A stretch of 64,000 bases of DNA from sequence record SRR20825006_339. One strand, written 5' to 3'. The notes under the pieces are model-generated. The model had not been told where the DNA came from and did not search any database. It worked only from the letters and a program-made list of their open reading frames with translations. The translations under genes were made by a program, and so were the position numbers. Below, piece by piece: positions 39,545 through 48,040 of the stretch (position 1 is its first letter; every line of letters starts with the position of its first letter).

Positions 39545-41671
39545 CTACACTTCCTCTAACTCTATATTAGCTTTCATTACTCGGTTTTGAACATCAACAG
39601 GTGCCGATGCATAATGAGAAAACTCACGCGAATAAGTTGCACTTCCTTGTGTCATAGACTTTAGACGAGTTGAATAATGGTCAAGTTCTTCTAATGGAAC
39701 TGTAGCTTTAATTTTTTGTAAAGCTCCTTCAGTATCCATTCCAAGAATATGCCCTCTTCGAGTGCCCAAATCGCCCAATACATCACCCATATAATTAGCT
39801 GGAACTATTACTTCCACAGAATAAATAGGTTCCAGTAATTGGGGATTAGCATTTAGAAATCCATCTTTAAAGGCCATTCGCGCGGCTGTTTTAAACGCTG
39901 CTTCATTTGAGTCTACTGCGTGCATCGAGCCATCAAAAACGGAAACACGGATATCTCGTGCACAACAGCCACTCATGGGGCCGTTTTCCATTTTTTCCAT
40001 TACACCTTTTAGAATGGCAGGCATAAATCTGTTATCGATTACTCCACCAACAATACAGTTATTAAATACCAATTTTCCTCCCCAAGGAAGTTCATGTACT
40101 TCGGTGTTTCTCACCTTCATATCCGTAGGATCTGACATTCCTTCTTCATAAGGTTCAATCATAATGTGAACTTCAGCATACTGCCCAGCTCCACCAGATT
40201 GTTTTTTATGTTTGTAGGTAGCTTTTATTGGTTTGGTGATTGTTTCTCGGTATGGAATTTTTGGAGCTATAAATTCAATATCAAGCTTATAGCGGTTACG
40301 AAGTAGATACTCCACAACGTTTAAGTGCTCTTCGCCCTGAGCATGGATGATTATCTGACGAAGTTCTTGGCTATGTTCTATAACGATGGATGGATCTTCT
40401 TTATGAATTTGATTTAGAGCACTACCGAGCTTGTCTTCGTCTCCTTCATTAGTCAGTTTAACTGCTGTTCTAATCGTTGTTGAAGGGAATTTAATTCCTT
40501 CCATTGCAATAGTCTCTCCTTTCTCTGCAAGTGTATCGTTTACAGCACCATCTTTGAGTTTAACAACAGCTCCAATATCACCTGTTTTGATTTCATTCAC
40601 CTCAATACGTTTATGGCCTTCAGTAAGAAATAAACTACCCAAACGAACTGAATTTGAAGTTGAGCTATTCACCAAGTCCATTCCAGGAACCGCTGAACCA
40701 CCATAAGCTTTAAAGTAAATCAGATCGCCTACATGAGACTCAGAATGTGTTTTAAAAAGAAACAGAATAGTTTTTCCATCTGGGTCTAAAGCTAGTTCTT
40801 CTCCTGAATCAGTTTTAGGAGGATTCACTTCTAAAGGATTTGGAGCAACGTTGTCAATAAAGCCCATCACACGTCCTGTACCCATATTGCGTGCAGCACA
40901 AACACAGAACAGTGGGAATATTTGGCGATTCACCAAAGAAAGATGCAAACCGTTTTGCATTTGCTCCTCATCCAATTCACCATGCTCAAAATAGATATCC
41001 ATCAAGGTCTCGTCATTTTCTGCAACAATCTCTATCAGCTCTTGATGAAGTTGATTTGCGCGTTCTTTTAAAGAGTCAGGAATAGGTAATTTGTCAGGTT
41101 TTCCACCACCTTCAGGAAATTCATACATTTTCATTTTCAATACATCAACAATAGCATGAAAGTCATTCCCCTCACTATATGGGAACTGTATTACAGTAAC
41201 TTTTCTGCCATAATGCTCTTTTGCTTCCTCTACTGTTTTCCAAAAGTCTGAACGTTCGTTATCCAGTTTATTTACCACAAACATGGATGGTATATTAAAG
41301 CTTTCTGCGTATTTCCAAAGTGCATCCGTCGCTACTTCTACCCCATTTTCAGCGTTGAGAGTAAATAAAGCTGTATCTGCAATTCTAAGTGGGCCAACAA
41401 CTTCTCCAATATAATCGGAGGTACCTGGAGTATCGATAAGATTAATTTTGTGGCCTCTCCAGTCTAAATTCATAAAAGAGGAATGGATGGATTTCCCCTT
41501 TTCATGCTCTAATGCATCGTAATCTGAAACAGTATTCTTTTCTTCAATACTACCCCTTCTATTTATGGCTCCAGCTTCAAACAACATCGTTTCAGCTAGT
41601 GTTGTTTTACCGGAGCCAGAGTGCCCCAACAAAACTACATTACGAATTCGGTCGGGATTATATACTTTCAT
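39545..41671 (-). CDS. Elongation factor G paralog (EF-G2-like)
   Basis: Five-domain EF-G architecture (GHSGSGKT, DTPG, NKLD, PYRETI, KQSGGAGQY) but with degenerate switch motifs. Confidence 0.92.
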   Translation of the reverse strand: MKVYNPDRIRNVVLLGHSGSGKTTLAETMLFEAGAINRRGSIEEKNTVSDYDALEHEKGKSIHSSFMNLDWRGHKINLIDTPGTSDYIGEVVGPLRIADTALFTLNAENGVEVATDALWKYAESFNIPSMFVVNKLDNERSDFWKTVEEAKEHYGRKVTVIQFPYSEGNDFHAIVDVLKMKMYEFPEGGGKPDKLPIPDSLKERANQLHQELIEIVAENDETLMDIYFEHGELDEEQMQNGLHLSLVNRQIFPLFCVCAARNMGTGRVMGFIDNVAPNPLEVNPPKTDSGEELALDPDGKTILFLFKTHSESHVGDLIYFKAYGGSAVPGMDLVNSSTSNSVRLGSLFLTEGHKRIEVNEIKTGDIGAVVKLKDGAVNDTLAEKGETIAMEGIKFPSTTIRTAVKLTNEGDEDKLGSALNQIHKEDPSIVIEHSQELRQIIIHAQGEEHLNVVEYLLRNRYKLDIEFIAPKIPYRETITKPIKATYKHKKQSGGAGQYAEVHIMIEPYEEGMSDPTDMKVRNTEVHELPWGGKLVFNNCIVGGVIDNRFMPAILKGVMEKMENGPMSGCCARDIRVSVFDGSMHAVDSNEAAFKTAARMAFKDGFLNANPQLLEPIYSVEVIVPANYMGDVLGDLGTRRGHILGMDTEGALQKIKATVPLEELDHYSTRLKSMTQGSATYSREFSHYASAPVDVQNRVMKANIELEEV

Positions 41672-41706
41672 GGCTATTCTCCTTGAATTAATAAAGATTA
41701 AATTGA

Positions 41707-41757
41707 AAGCACTTTCTTAATAAAATTGAAGTGCTTCCTTTTTTGCACTTATATTTG
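41707..41757. promoter_or_regulatory. Inverted repeat AAGCACTT-N14-AAGTGCTT and TATATTTG -7 element in the divergent EF-G2/asparaginase spacer
   Basis: Inverted repeat at 41707-41714/41729-41736; TATATTTG at 41750-41757 on +. Confidence 0.45.
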
Positions 41758-41829
41758 TCAATGAACTTGGCATTGTTAAATGAAAACAATGTGAAGAAAT
41801 AATTTAAGCGACTACAGGTAATAATCAAG

Positions 41830-42825
41830 ATGAAAAAAATACTACTCATTCAAACAGGCGGAACTATTGCAATGAGCGCTAAAGGTGAGGGCGTAGAACT
41901 TGATCCTGATTCATGGTCGGACCTGTTATATAAACAAATTCCTGAATTAGCTGAATTAGCTGAGATTCATACTTACCCTTTATTTTTTGAAGATAGCTCT
42001 GATTTAAACGCCGATCATTGGGTTAATTTAGCCCGTTGCATTGATACCAATTATTTAGAATACGATGGATTCGTGGTTCTTCATGGAACCGATACGATGG
42101 CATATACAGCATCCGCACTTTCTTTTGGATTACAGAACCTCGCTAAGCCTGTCATTTTTACCGGAAGCCAAGTTCCAATGAGTAGTATTCGAAGCGATGC
42201 ACAACGAAATCTCATTAATTCCATTGAAATGGCAACCATGGCCCTTCATGAAGTAGCTATTTGTTTTAACGATCATGTTTTTAGAGCAAACCGTTCCACA
42301 AAAATGAGCATTGGGGATTTTGATGCTTTTGCCTCTCCTAATGTTCCACCAATTGCACAAATTGGGCTCAATATTGAATTGAAAGTCTCCCCTAAAGAAA
42401 CCATCGACCCTTTTTATAATAACGCTATGTACTCTAATGAGGTATTTATTCTCACGGTACATCCATCCATGAATCCTGCCTTTTTAGAGTGTATCAATCT
42501 TACCAAACTACGGGCAGTTATTGTGCGCAGTTTTGGAAGTGGCAATATACCAATTAAAGGAGCTTTCAACCTTCTTCCCTTTTTCGAAAAGTGTAGAGAA
42601 AATGGCGTTATTGTTGCGATAATTTCTCAAGCCGACTTTGATGCCGTAGACCTTAGCAAATATCCTGCTGGAAGAGAAGCTATTAAAGCGGGTGCCATTT
42701 CTTGTAGAGATATGACTTTAGAAGCCGCTCTTACAAAAATGATGTATTTATTAGCTCGATATGAGTCAAAAGTTGAAATTGAAGAACAATTTCAACTTTC
42801 TTTAGCTGAGGAAGTAACCGTTTAA
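41830..42825 (+). CDS. ansA: L-asparaginase, type I (cytoplasmic)
   Basis: TGGTIA, HGTDTM and TGSQ motifs; no signal peptide. Confidence 0.92.
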   Translation: MKKILLIQTGGTIAMSAKGEGVELDPDSWSDLLYKQIPELAELAEIHTYPLFFEDSSDLNADHWVNLARCIDTNYLEYDGFVVLHGTDTMAYTASALSFGLQNLAKPVIFTGSQVPMSSIRSDAQRNLINSIEMATMALHEVAICFNDHVFRANRSTKMSIGDFDAFASPNVPPIAQIGLNIELKVSPKETIDPFYNNAMYSNEVFILTVHPSMNPAFLECINLTKLRAVIVRSFGSGNIPIKGAFNLLPFFEKCRENGVIVAIISQADFDAVDLSKYPAGREAIKAGAISCRDMTLEAALTKMMYLLARYESKVEIEEQFQLSLAEEVTV

Positions 42826-42893
42826 CTTGATTATTTAACGAACCTATGCTTTTTTGCTTCGGTTTAGCTATACTCGGTTAAAACAAAGACGAC

Positions 42894-43601
42894 ATGTATT
42901 TTATATTTGATATTGAAACTATTCCCGACTTCGAATTTGTTCGCAAAGTATTGAACAATTACGAAGCTGACGACGAGACCTTACTAGAAATTGCTAGCGA
43001 AGAACTAGCTCGAAATAAATCTGGCTTTCTACCTCCAATGTACCATCGGATGGTTTCTTGGGTGGGGCTTTGGATTGAGAATTCGGGACAACCTCGCCAA
43101 AAAGTAGCATGGAGTGGCACAGATGAAAAAGAAGGCCTCTCCAAAATTTTTGAAGCTATCGGTTCTTTTAAAGACTTTGGACTCATTCACCACAATGGCA
43201 AAGGGTTTGATATTCCTGTTTTGATTTATAGAGCCATGAAGCACGGACTTCAAATGCCCATTCGGATGAATGATTATGAAATTCGTTATCGCTACAGTAA
43301 ACACAACATCGATTTAGTAGACGAATTCAGCAATTATGGTGCTAGTTCATGGCCGAAATTAAAGCACTTAGGCCAACTAATCGGAATTCCATTTAAACAA
43401 ACGGGTGAAGGAAACGAGGTGCTCGCTATGTTTAATCGGAAGGAACTAGATTTGATAGAGCATTACTGTTATGAAGATGTTATTGCGACCTATATTGTGT
43501 GGTTATACCATCAATACACCATTGGTCTGATTCCTGAAGATCAATTTGGAAATTTGAAAGAACGAGCGTTATCCAAACTGCAAGAAATTCAAAATAGTTA
43601 A
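42894..43601 (+). CDS. Stand-alone PolB-like 3'-5' exonuclease (DEDDy)
   Basis: FDIET, HNGKGFD and YCYED motifs. Confidence 0.88.
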   Translation: MYFIFDIETIPDFEFVRKVLNNYEADDETLLEIASEELARNKSGFLPPMYHRMVSWVGLWIENSGQPRQKVAWSGTDEKEGLSKIFEAIGSFKDFGLIHHNGKGFDIPVLIYRAMKHGLQMPIRMNDYEIRYRYSKHNIDLVDEFSNYGASSWPKLKHLGQLIGIPFKQTGEGNEVLAMFNRKELDLIEHYCYEDVIATYIVWLYHQYTIGLIPEDQFGNLKERALSKLQEIQNS

Positions 43602-43624
43602 TTTCCTAAACATGGTAGATAAGT

Positions 43625-45187
43625 ATGAAACACTTCTCTGTACTTTTACTTACTGCTTTTATGTTTACAACGGGAAATCCTGTTCAAGCCCAAAAAGCTG
43701 AGTCTAAATCAAATACTTTAGGTTCATTTGACTGGGTTTCTTTCACATTAACTTATCCAAAGTCATTTCCTCAGCTCGTCGTAACTTCGGCAACAAGTGA
43801 GAACGAGTCCCTTCAATTTCTAGCATTCTATTCTCAGCATAAAGAGCAGATTGGTAAAAATATTAAGGAACGTAATTCCCACATTAAGAATGCGGAAATC
43901 ATTTTTGAATACCTGCACAGAGAAGTATTTAAAACCTATAATCTGCACTCTACTGTTTCTTCCCTCGTTAACAATAAACAGTATAATTGTGTAACTGCTA
44001 CTTCCTTTTTTGTAAGCATGGCGGAGGAGTTTGATATCCCGTATAAAATTTATGAATCGCCGATGCATGTGTATGCATCGGTTATAGATGGGAAAGACGA
44101 AGCCATTGTAGAATTAACTCTCCCAAAATCGGGCTTCGATTTCAATGCAAACAATGAGTCTATAATTCAAACATTGGTAAATAGTAAACTCATTTCTAGA
44201 GATGAGCTAGAGCAAAAAGGTGCCGATGAACTATTTCGAGAATATGTGGAGGATACTTTCCCCGTCTCAAAAAAAGAATTACTAGCTATCCAATACTATA
44301 ACGATGGTTTACTTTTACAGAAACAAATGAGATATGAGGAGTCTTTTCAAAAATTTGGAACCGCCTTAAAACTCTATCAAAATCCTCAATTTTCTGAAGC
44401 TTATGAAACCAGTTTCCGGAATTCACAAAATGATTTCAGCCTTTTAGAAAATGATAAAGTTCGCTTAGTTCGTCTATATTTAGAATCAACTCAAACAGAC
44501 TCCATTCTTTCGAAGAACTTCGTTTATCACCTCGCTACACTTATTGATAAACTTCTTAAGAACGAAGATAATTTTGACGAAGCCGAGAAGCTTATTCATT
44601 TTGCAGACCGTGAGATTTATCCTACTGCAACAAATTCAGAAAGAATCACTGAGTTGAAGAGCTATTTTTATACTTCAAAAGCTGAAAATGCAGCTCTAAA
44701 AGGTGAAACGAGAGTGGCTTTGGAGTATTTGCAGCAAGCAATGGAGTTTGCTCCGTTAAATACGCGATTACGAAATTACTCTGTTTCCCTAACAAGTAAT
44801 TATGCACTTCAACTAGCTCACCTCGGGCAATTGAAGAAGTCCCGCAACATCATTGATTCCTTGCATGTTCAGTATCCAGTCGATTTTCCCGTTGTGGCTG
44901 ATGCCCGTGTTCAGATTATAATCGCAGGGCTAGTTCCGCTACAAAAAAATGAAGCCAATGCGGATGAATTTTCGAATGACTTGGCATTAGCAAAATCTAT
45001 TCATCCCGAAAACATCTATTTAAAATCTTTTTCATCCATCGTTTTTCATGAACTAGCAATGCAACAAATCCGAAAAGCGAATTATCCTAAAGCCAAAGAT
45101 TATATCTTAGAAGGACTCAGTTTTCATTCATCTGACGGCACCTTGCGTTCTGATTTAGAACTCATAAACAGTATGCTAGAGAAGTAG
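43625..45187 (+). CDS. Secreted protein with transglutaminase-like domain and TPR-like repeats
   Basis: Signal peptide; YNCV...HVY; C-terminal helical repeats. Confidence 0.6.
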   Translation: MKHFSVLLLTAFMFTTGNPVQAQKAESKSNTLGSFDWVSFTLTYPKSFPQLVVTSATSENESLQFLAFYSQHKEQIGKNIKERNSHIKNAEIIFEYLHREVFKTYNLHSTVSSLVNNKQYNCVTATSFFVSMAEEFDIPYKIYESPMHVYASVIDGKDEAIVELTLPKSGFDFNANNESIIQTLVNSKLISRDELEQKGADELFREYVEDTFPVSKKELLAIQYYNDGLLLQKQMRYEESFQKFGTALKLYQNPQFSEAYETSFRNSQNDFSLLENDKVRLVRLYLESTQTDSILSKNFVYHLATLIDKLLKNEDNFDEAEKLIHFADREIYPTATNSERITELKSYFYTSKAENAALKGETRVALEYLQQAMEFAPLNTRLRNYSVSLTSNYALQLAHLGQLKKSRNIIDSLHVQYPVDFPVVADARVQIIIAGLVPLQKNEANADEFSNDLALAKSIHPENIYLKSFSSIVFHELAMQQIRKANYPKAKDYILEGLSFHSSDGTLRSDLELINSMLEK

Positions 45188-45190
45188 AAA

Positions 45191-46672
45191 TTAAACAATG
45201 CGATCTTTATCGCTATAATCTGGAATATCGCCTCTATAACCGAAAATTCGTTTAATCCATTTTACAGTTCCAGTACTTTGATTTCTAATATACCATTGGT
45301 CGGCTGCTCTTCGTGCACCTAAACTCCATGTTGGATATGGGTGAATCGTATCCGCAAATTTTCTTAAGGAAACTCCATTTTTCATTGCTAGAGCATATTC
45401 AGATATCATTTCGCCAGCGTGTGAGCCGACTACCGATGCTCCCAGAATCTTCCCAGATAATTTTTTGGCATATACTTTTATTAGTCCTGTCGTCTCGCCT
45501 TCAGTTATAGCTCTGTCAATTTTGGAATACGGAAATTTATAAACCTCAAAATTCACATTGTTTTCTCGAAGGTCTTTTTCTGTAGCGCCAACGTGAGCCA
45601 ACTCAGGTGAAGTAAAAGTTACCCAAGGCACGTGCTTGCTGTCAATTTTCATGGGAACTTTAAGCAATGCTCTAGATGTAGCCACTTTAGCCATGTGTTC
45701 ACACATGTGAGTAAACTGGTAGCGACCGCTAATATCTCCAATTGCGTAAATATGCTTCACATTCGTTCTGCATGAATCGTTTACAGTAATTCCCCTCTTG
45801 GAGTACTCAATGCCGGCAGCGTCTAAATTTAAGCCTTCTAAGTTGGGTTTGCGCCCCGTTGCCATTAGTAAGCTATCACCATCAACATTTTGAAGCTCCC
45901 CACCTCGTTCAACAACAACTCTGATTTTGGAATCCTGATTTTGAATTTCTTTCACTGAAGCTTCTAACTCGTACTTCACCCCTTGCTCTTTCAATTCGTT
46001 AAAAAGAATTTCCACAAGCTCGGGATCGTCATTCATCATTATTCTAGGTGCCATATCCACAACGGTAACGGAACTCCCCAAGTGTGCAAATGCTTGGCTC
46101 ATTTCCGTTCCAATTGGACCGCCACCAATAATGATTAGCTCTTTAGGAAGCTGAGTTATATCAAACAAATTATGATTGGTTAAATAGTCTACAGAATCTA
46201 TTCCTGGAATTGGCGGCACCATTGCACTCGCTCCAGCAGCTATAAAAAAGTATCTCGAACTAACTTTTCTAGACTTCCCGTCCTTTAATTGGATTTCAAT
46301 AGTATGTGCATCTATGAAATAGGCTCTACCAAAAACGACTTCTATTCCCATTTCCTCGAATATCTCTGGTCGATCTGCTTCTTCGTACACTTCATTTCTT
46401 ACTGTATGTACATGCTCAATTACCTTTTGGAAATCAATATTTGGCTCAGAGTCGAGCAGACCAAACTGACTCGCCTTTTTTATTTGATGCGCTACTTTCC
46501 CAGCTTTAAGAAGCAACTTGCTAGGCACACAACCTGTCCAAGTACAATCACCACCTAATAAATTAGCTTCCACCATCATTGTTTTAGCGCCAAAGTTAGC
46601 CGCTATTCCAGCGGCGGTTAAACCAGCTGAACCGCCTCCAATAACAATACTATCAAAATCGTACTTAGCCAC
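45191..46672 (-). CDS. Pyridine nucleotide-disulfide oxidoreductase (MerA/Lpd-like)
   Basis: GGGSAG, redox [19 protein letters not shown] and IHPYPT; GTG start. Confidence 0.92.
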   Translation of the reverse strand: MAKYDFDSIVIGGGSAGLTAAGIAANFGAKTMMVEANLLGGDCTWTGCVPSKLLLKAGKVAHQIKKASQFGLLDSEPNIDFQKVIEHVHTVRNEVYEEADRPEIFEEMGIEVVFGRAYFIDAHTIEIQLKDGKSRKVSSRYFFIAAGASAMVPPIPGIDSVDYLTNHNLFDITQLPKELIIIGGGPIGTEMSQAFAHLGSSVTVVDMAPRIMMNDDPELVEILFNELKEQGVKYELEASVKEIQNQDSKIRVVVERGGELQNVDGDSLLMATGRKPNLEGLNLDAAGIEYSKRGITVNDSCRTNVKHIYAIGDISGRYQFTHMCEHMAKVATSRALLKVPMKIDSKHVPWVTFTSPELAHVGATEKDLRENNVNFEVYKFPYSKIDRAITEGETTGLIKVYAKKLSGKILGASVVGSHAGEMISEYALAMKNGVSLRKFADTIHPYPTWSLGARRAADQWYIRNQSTGTVKWIKRIFGYRGDIPDYSDKDRIV

Positions 46673-46728
46673 TTATTTCCCTTTTCTTTTATTTAAACAT
46701 CTTAGAACACTTATGAAAATCAAGGTGT

Positions 46729-47079
46729 TCATTCTTTGCTGATACTTTTTGGTTCACTCTCAACTTTCTTCCTAATTTTAGCAAAGGTTGAGTATGCTCC
46801 AAATAAAACCATTAGAAACACCACTACATACACCCACCAAGGCACATTCTTCCCAGCTACAATTAAGTACAAGTAAGCTGAAACGAAGAAAAAAGTAGTG
46901 CTTAATGCAGGTAGTACTATAGGTTTTTTCGAACGAATATTTTTTACCAACCAAGCTAGTGAGATACTAAAAAATGGAATAGCACCTACGTAAATAGCGC
47001 CAAAAATTATTGGGTTTACCCCATAGTTCTCACCTAAACCCAAAAACCACTCTTTAACAATCTCTATAAATTCAGCCAT
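46729..47079 (-). CDS. Hypothetical three-TM membrane protein
   Basis: 116-aa hydrophobic ORF co-oriented with the oxidoreductase. Confidence 0.75.
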   Translation of the reverse strand: MAEFIEIVKEWFLGLGENYGVNPIIFGAIYVGAIPFFSISLAWLVKNIRSKKPIVLPALSTTFFFVSAYLYLIVAGKNVPWWVYVVVFLMVLFGAYSTFAKIRKKVESEPKSISKE

Positions 47080-47184
47080 TTAATAATCACTAATATGTTT
47101 GATGTAATACTTTGCAATAATGATTTAGATTAGTGCATTTAATAATTTTGAAGTGCTATTTTAGTAAAAAATCAGAACCACTCT

Positions 47185-47493
47185 GTGTTATCAACTAAAA
47201 AACATATCGTAGCATTTCTTTCATTCCTATCTATTTTAGGAATGTTTATGTCTACCATTCACTATCATAGTGAATCGCTAGAGTGCTTGCAACATCAAGG
47301 TGAAAAGCATTTCACCCCTGATGAAGATGTTTGCCCCCTCTGTTCTCTGGTTCTTAGTTCTGATTTTTCCGCTACACTTAGTAAAGGTATCGACCTTATA
47401 GTTCTAGATACTGTTTTACCTCAAGCAGAACAGAAAATTAATCACGGTTATATTCATCCTAATTTAGGACGCTCTCCTCCATTCTTGGCTTAA
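47185..47493 (+). CDS. DUF2946-like leader protein (TM-HxH...CxxC...RSPP)
   Basis: Hydrophobic N-terminus, HYH, CPLC and C-terminal GRSPP; upstream of a TonB-dependent receptor. Confidence 0.75.
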   Translation: MLSTKKHIVAFLSFLSILGMFMSTIHYHSESLECLQHQGEKHFTPDEDVCPLCSLVLSSDFSATLSKGIDLIVLDTVLPQAEQKINHGYIHPNLGRSPPFLA

Positions 47494-47551
47494 TTACCCA
47501 CAGTTATTCAAATAATTATTCTATTTAATTTTAAAATAATTTTCATAAGCC

Positions 47552-48028
47552 ATGAAAAAAAATATCTCATTGAGGGTTATTTATACCCTCACTATTGTTA
47601 TAACCACCTTCTTCGCAGCATGCAGTTCACCAACAGACGATCATGATCATGAAGAAGAAGAAGCCGTTGGGTTTAAAGTTTATTCAGCTACTTCACTTGG
47701 TGTACCTGGTCAGTTAGTTGTAGAACAATCCTTATCAGGTGTTACAGGCAACTTCACTATCTCTGGAGAATTATCTAGTTACACCGTTGTTTTTGTATCT
47801 GAAGACGGAGACGAGTTTGTTCCAGATTTAGCAGAGCACACCATCGATGTAACAGCCTCTGAAAATGGAACAAATATTACTATTACACGCCCTGAAGCCT
47901 CCGTTCAGAATATGGACTTTGGGTTACAAGGTGTCCAAGGCTCTTCTGCGAAACTAACAATTACATTAAAACACCAAGGTTCTGCAGAGTTTGTATCAAA
48001 AGCCCTACCTGTTACAATTAACTTTTAA
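47552..48028 (+). CDS. His/acidic-rich lipoprotein
   Basis: Lipobox FAAC followed by DDHDHEEEE. Confidence 0.8.
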   Translation: MKKNISLRVIYTLTIVITTFFAACSSPTDDHDHEEEEAVGFKVYSATSLGVPGQLVVEQSLSGVTGNFTISGELSSYTVVFVSEDGDEFVPDLAEHTIDVTASENGTNITITRPEASVQNMDFGLQGVQGSSAKLTITLKHQGSAEFVSKALPVTINF

Positions 48029-48040
48029 CGGGTAATAACA

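Noticed and set aside
42894-43601. Exonuclease as part of an anti-phage or mobile system
   Set aside because: A stand-alone, widespread family among housekeeping-like neighbours; no defence or mobility genes adjacent.
45191-46672. Mercury resistance (merA)
   Set aside because: No C-terminal Cys pair and no merR/T/P nearby.
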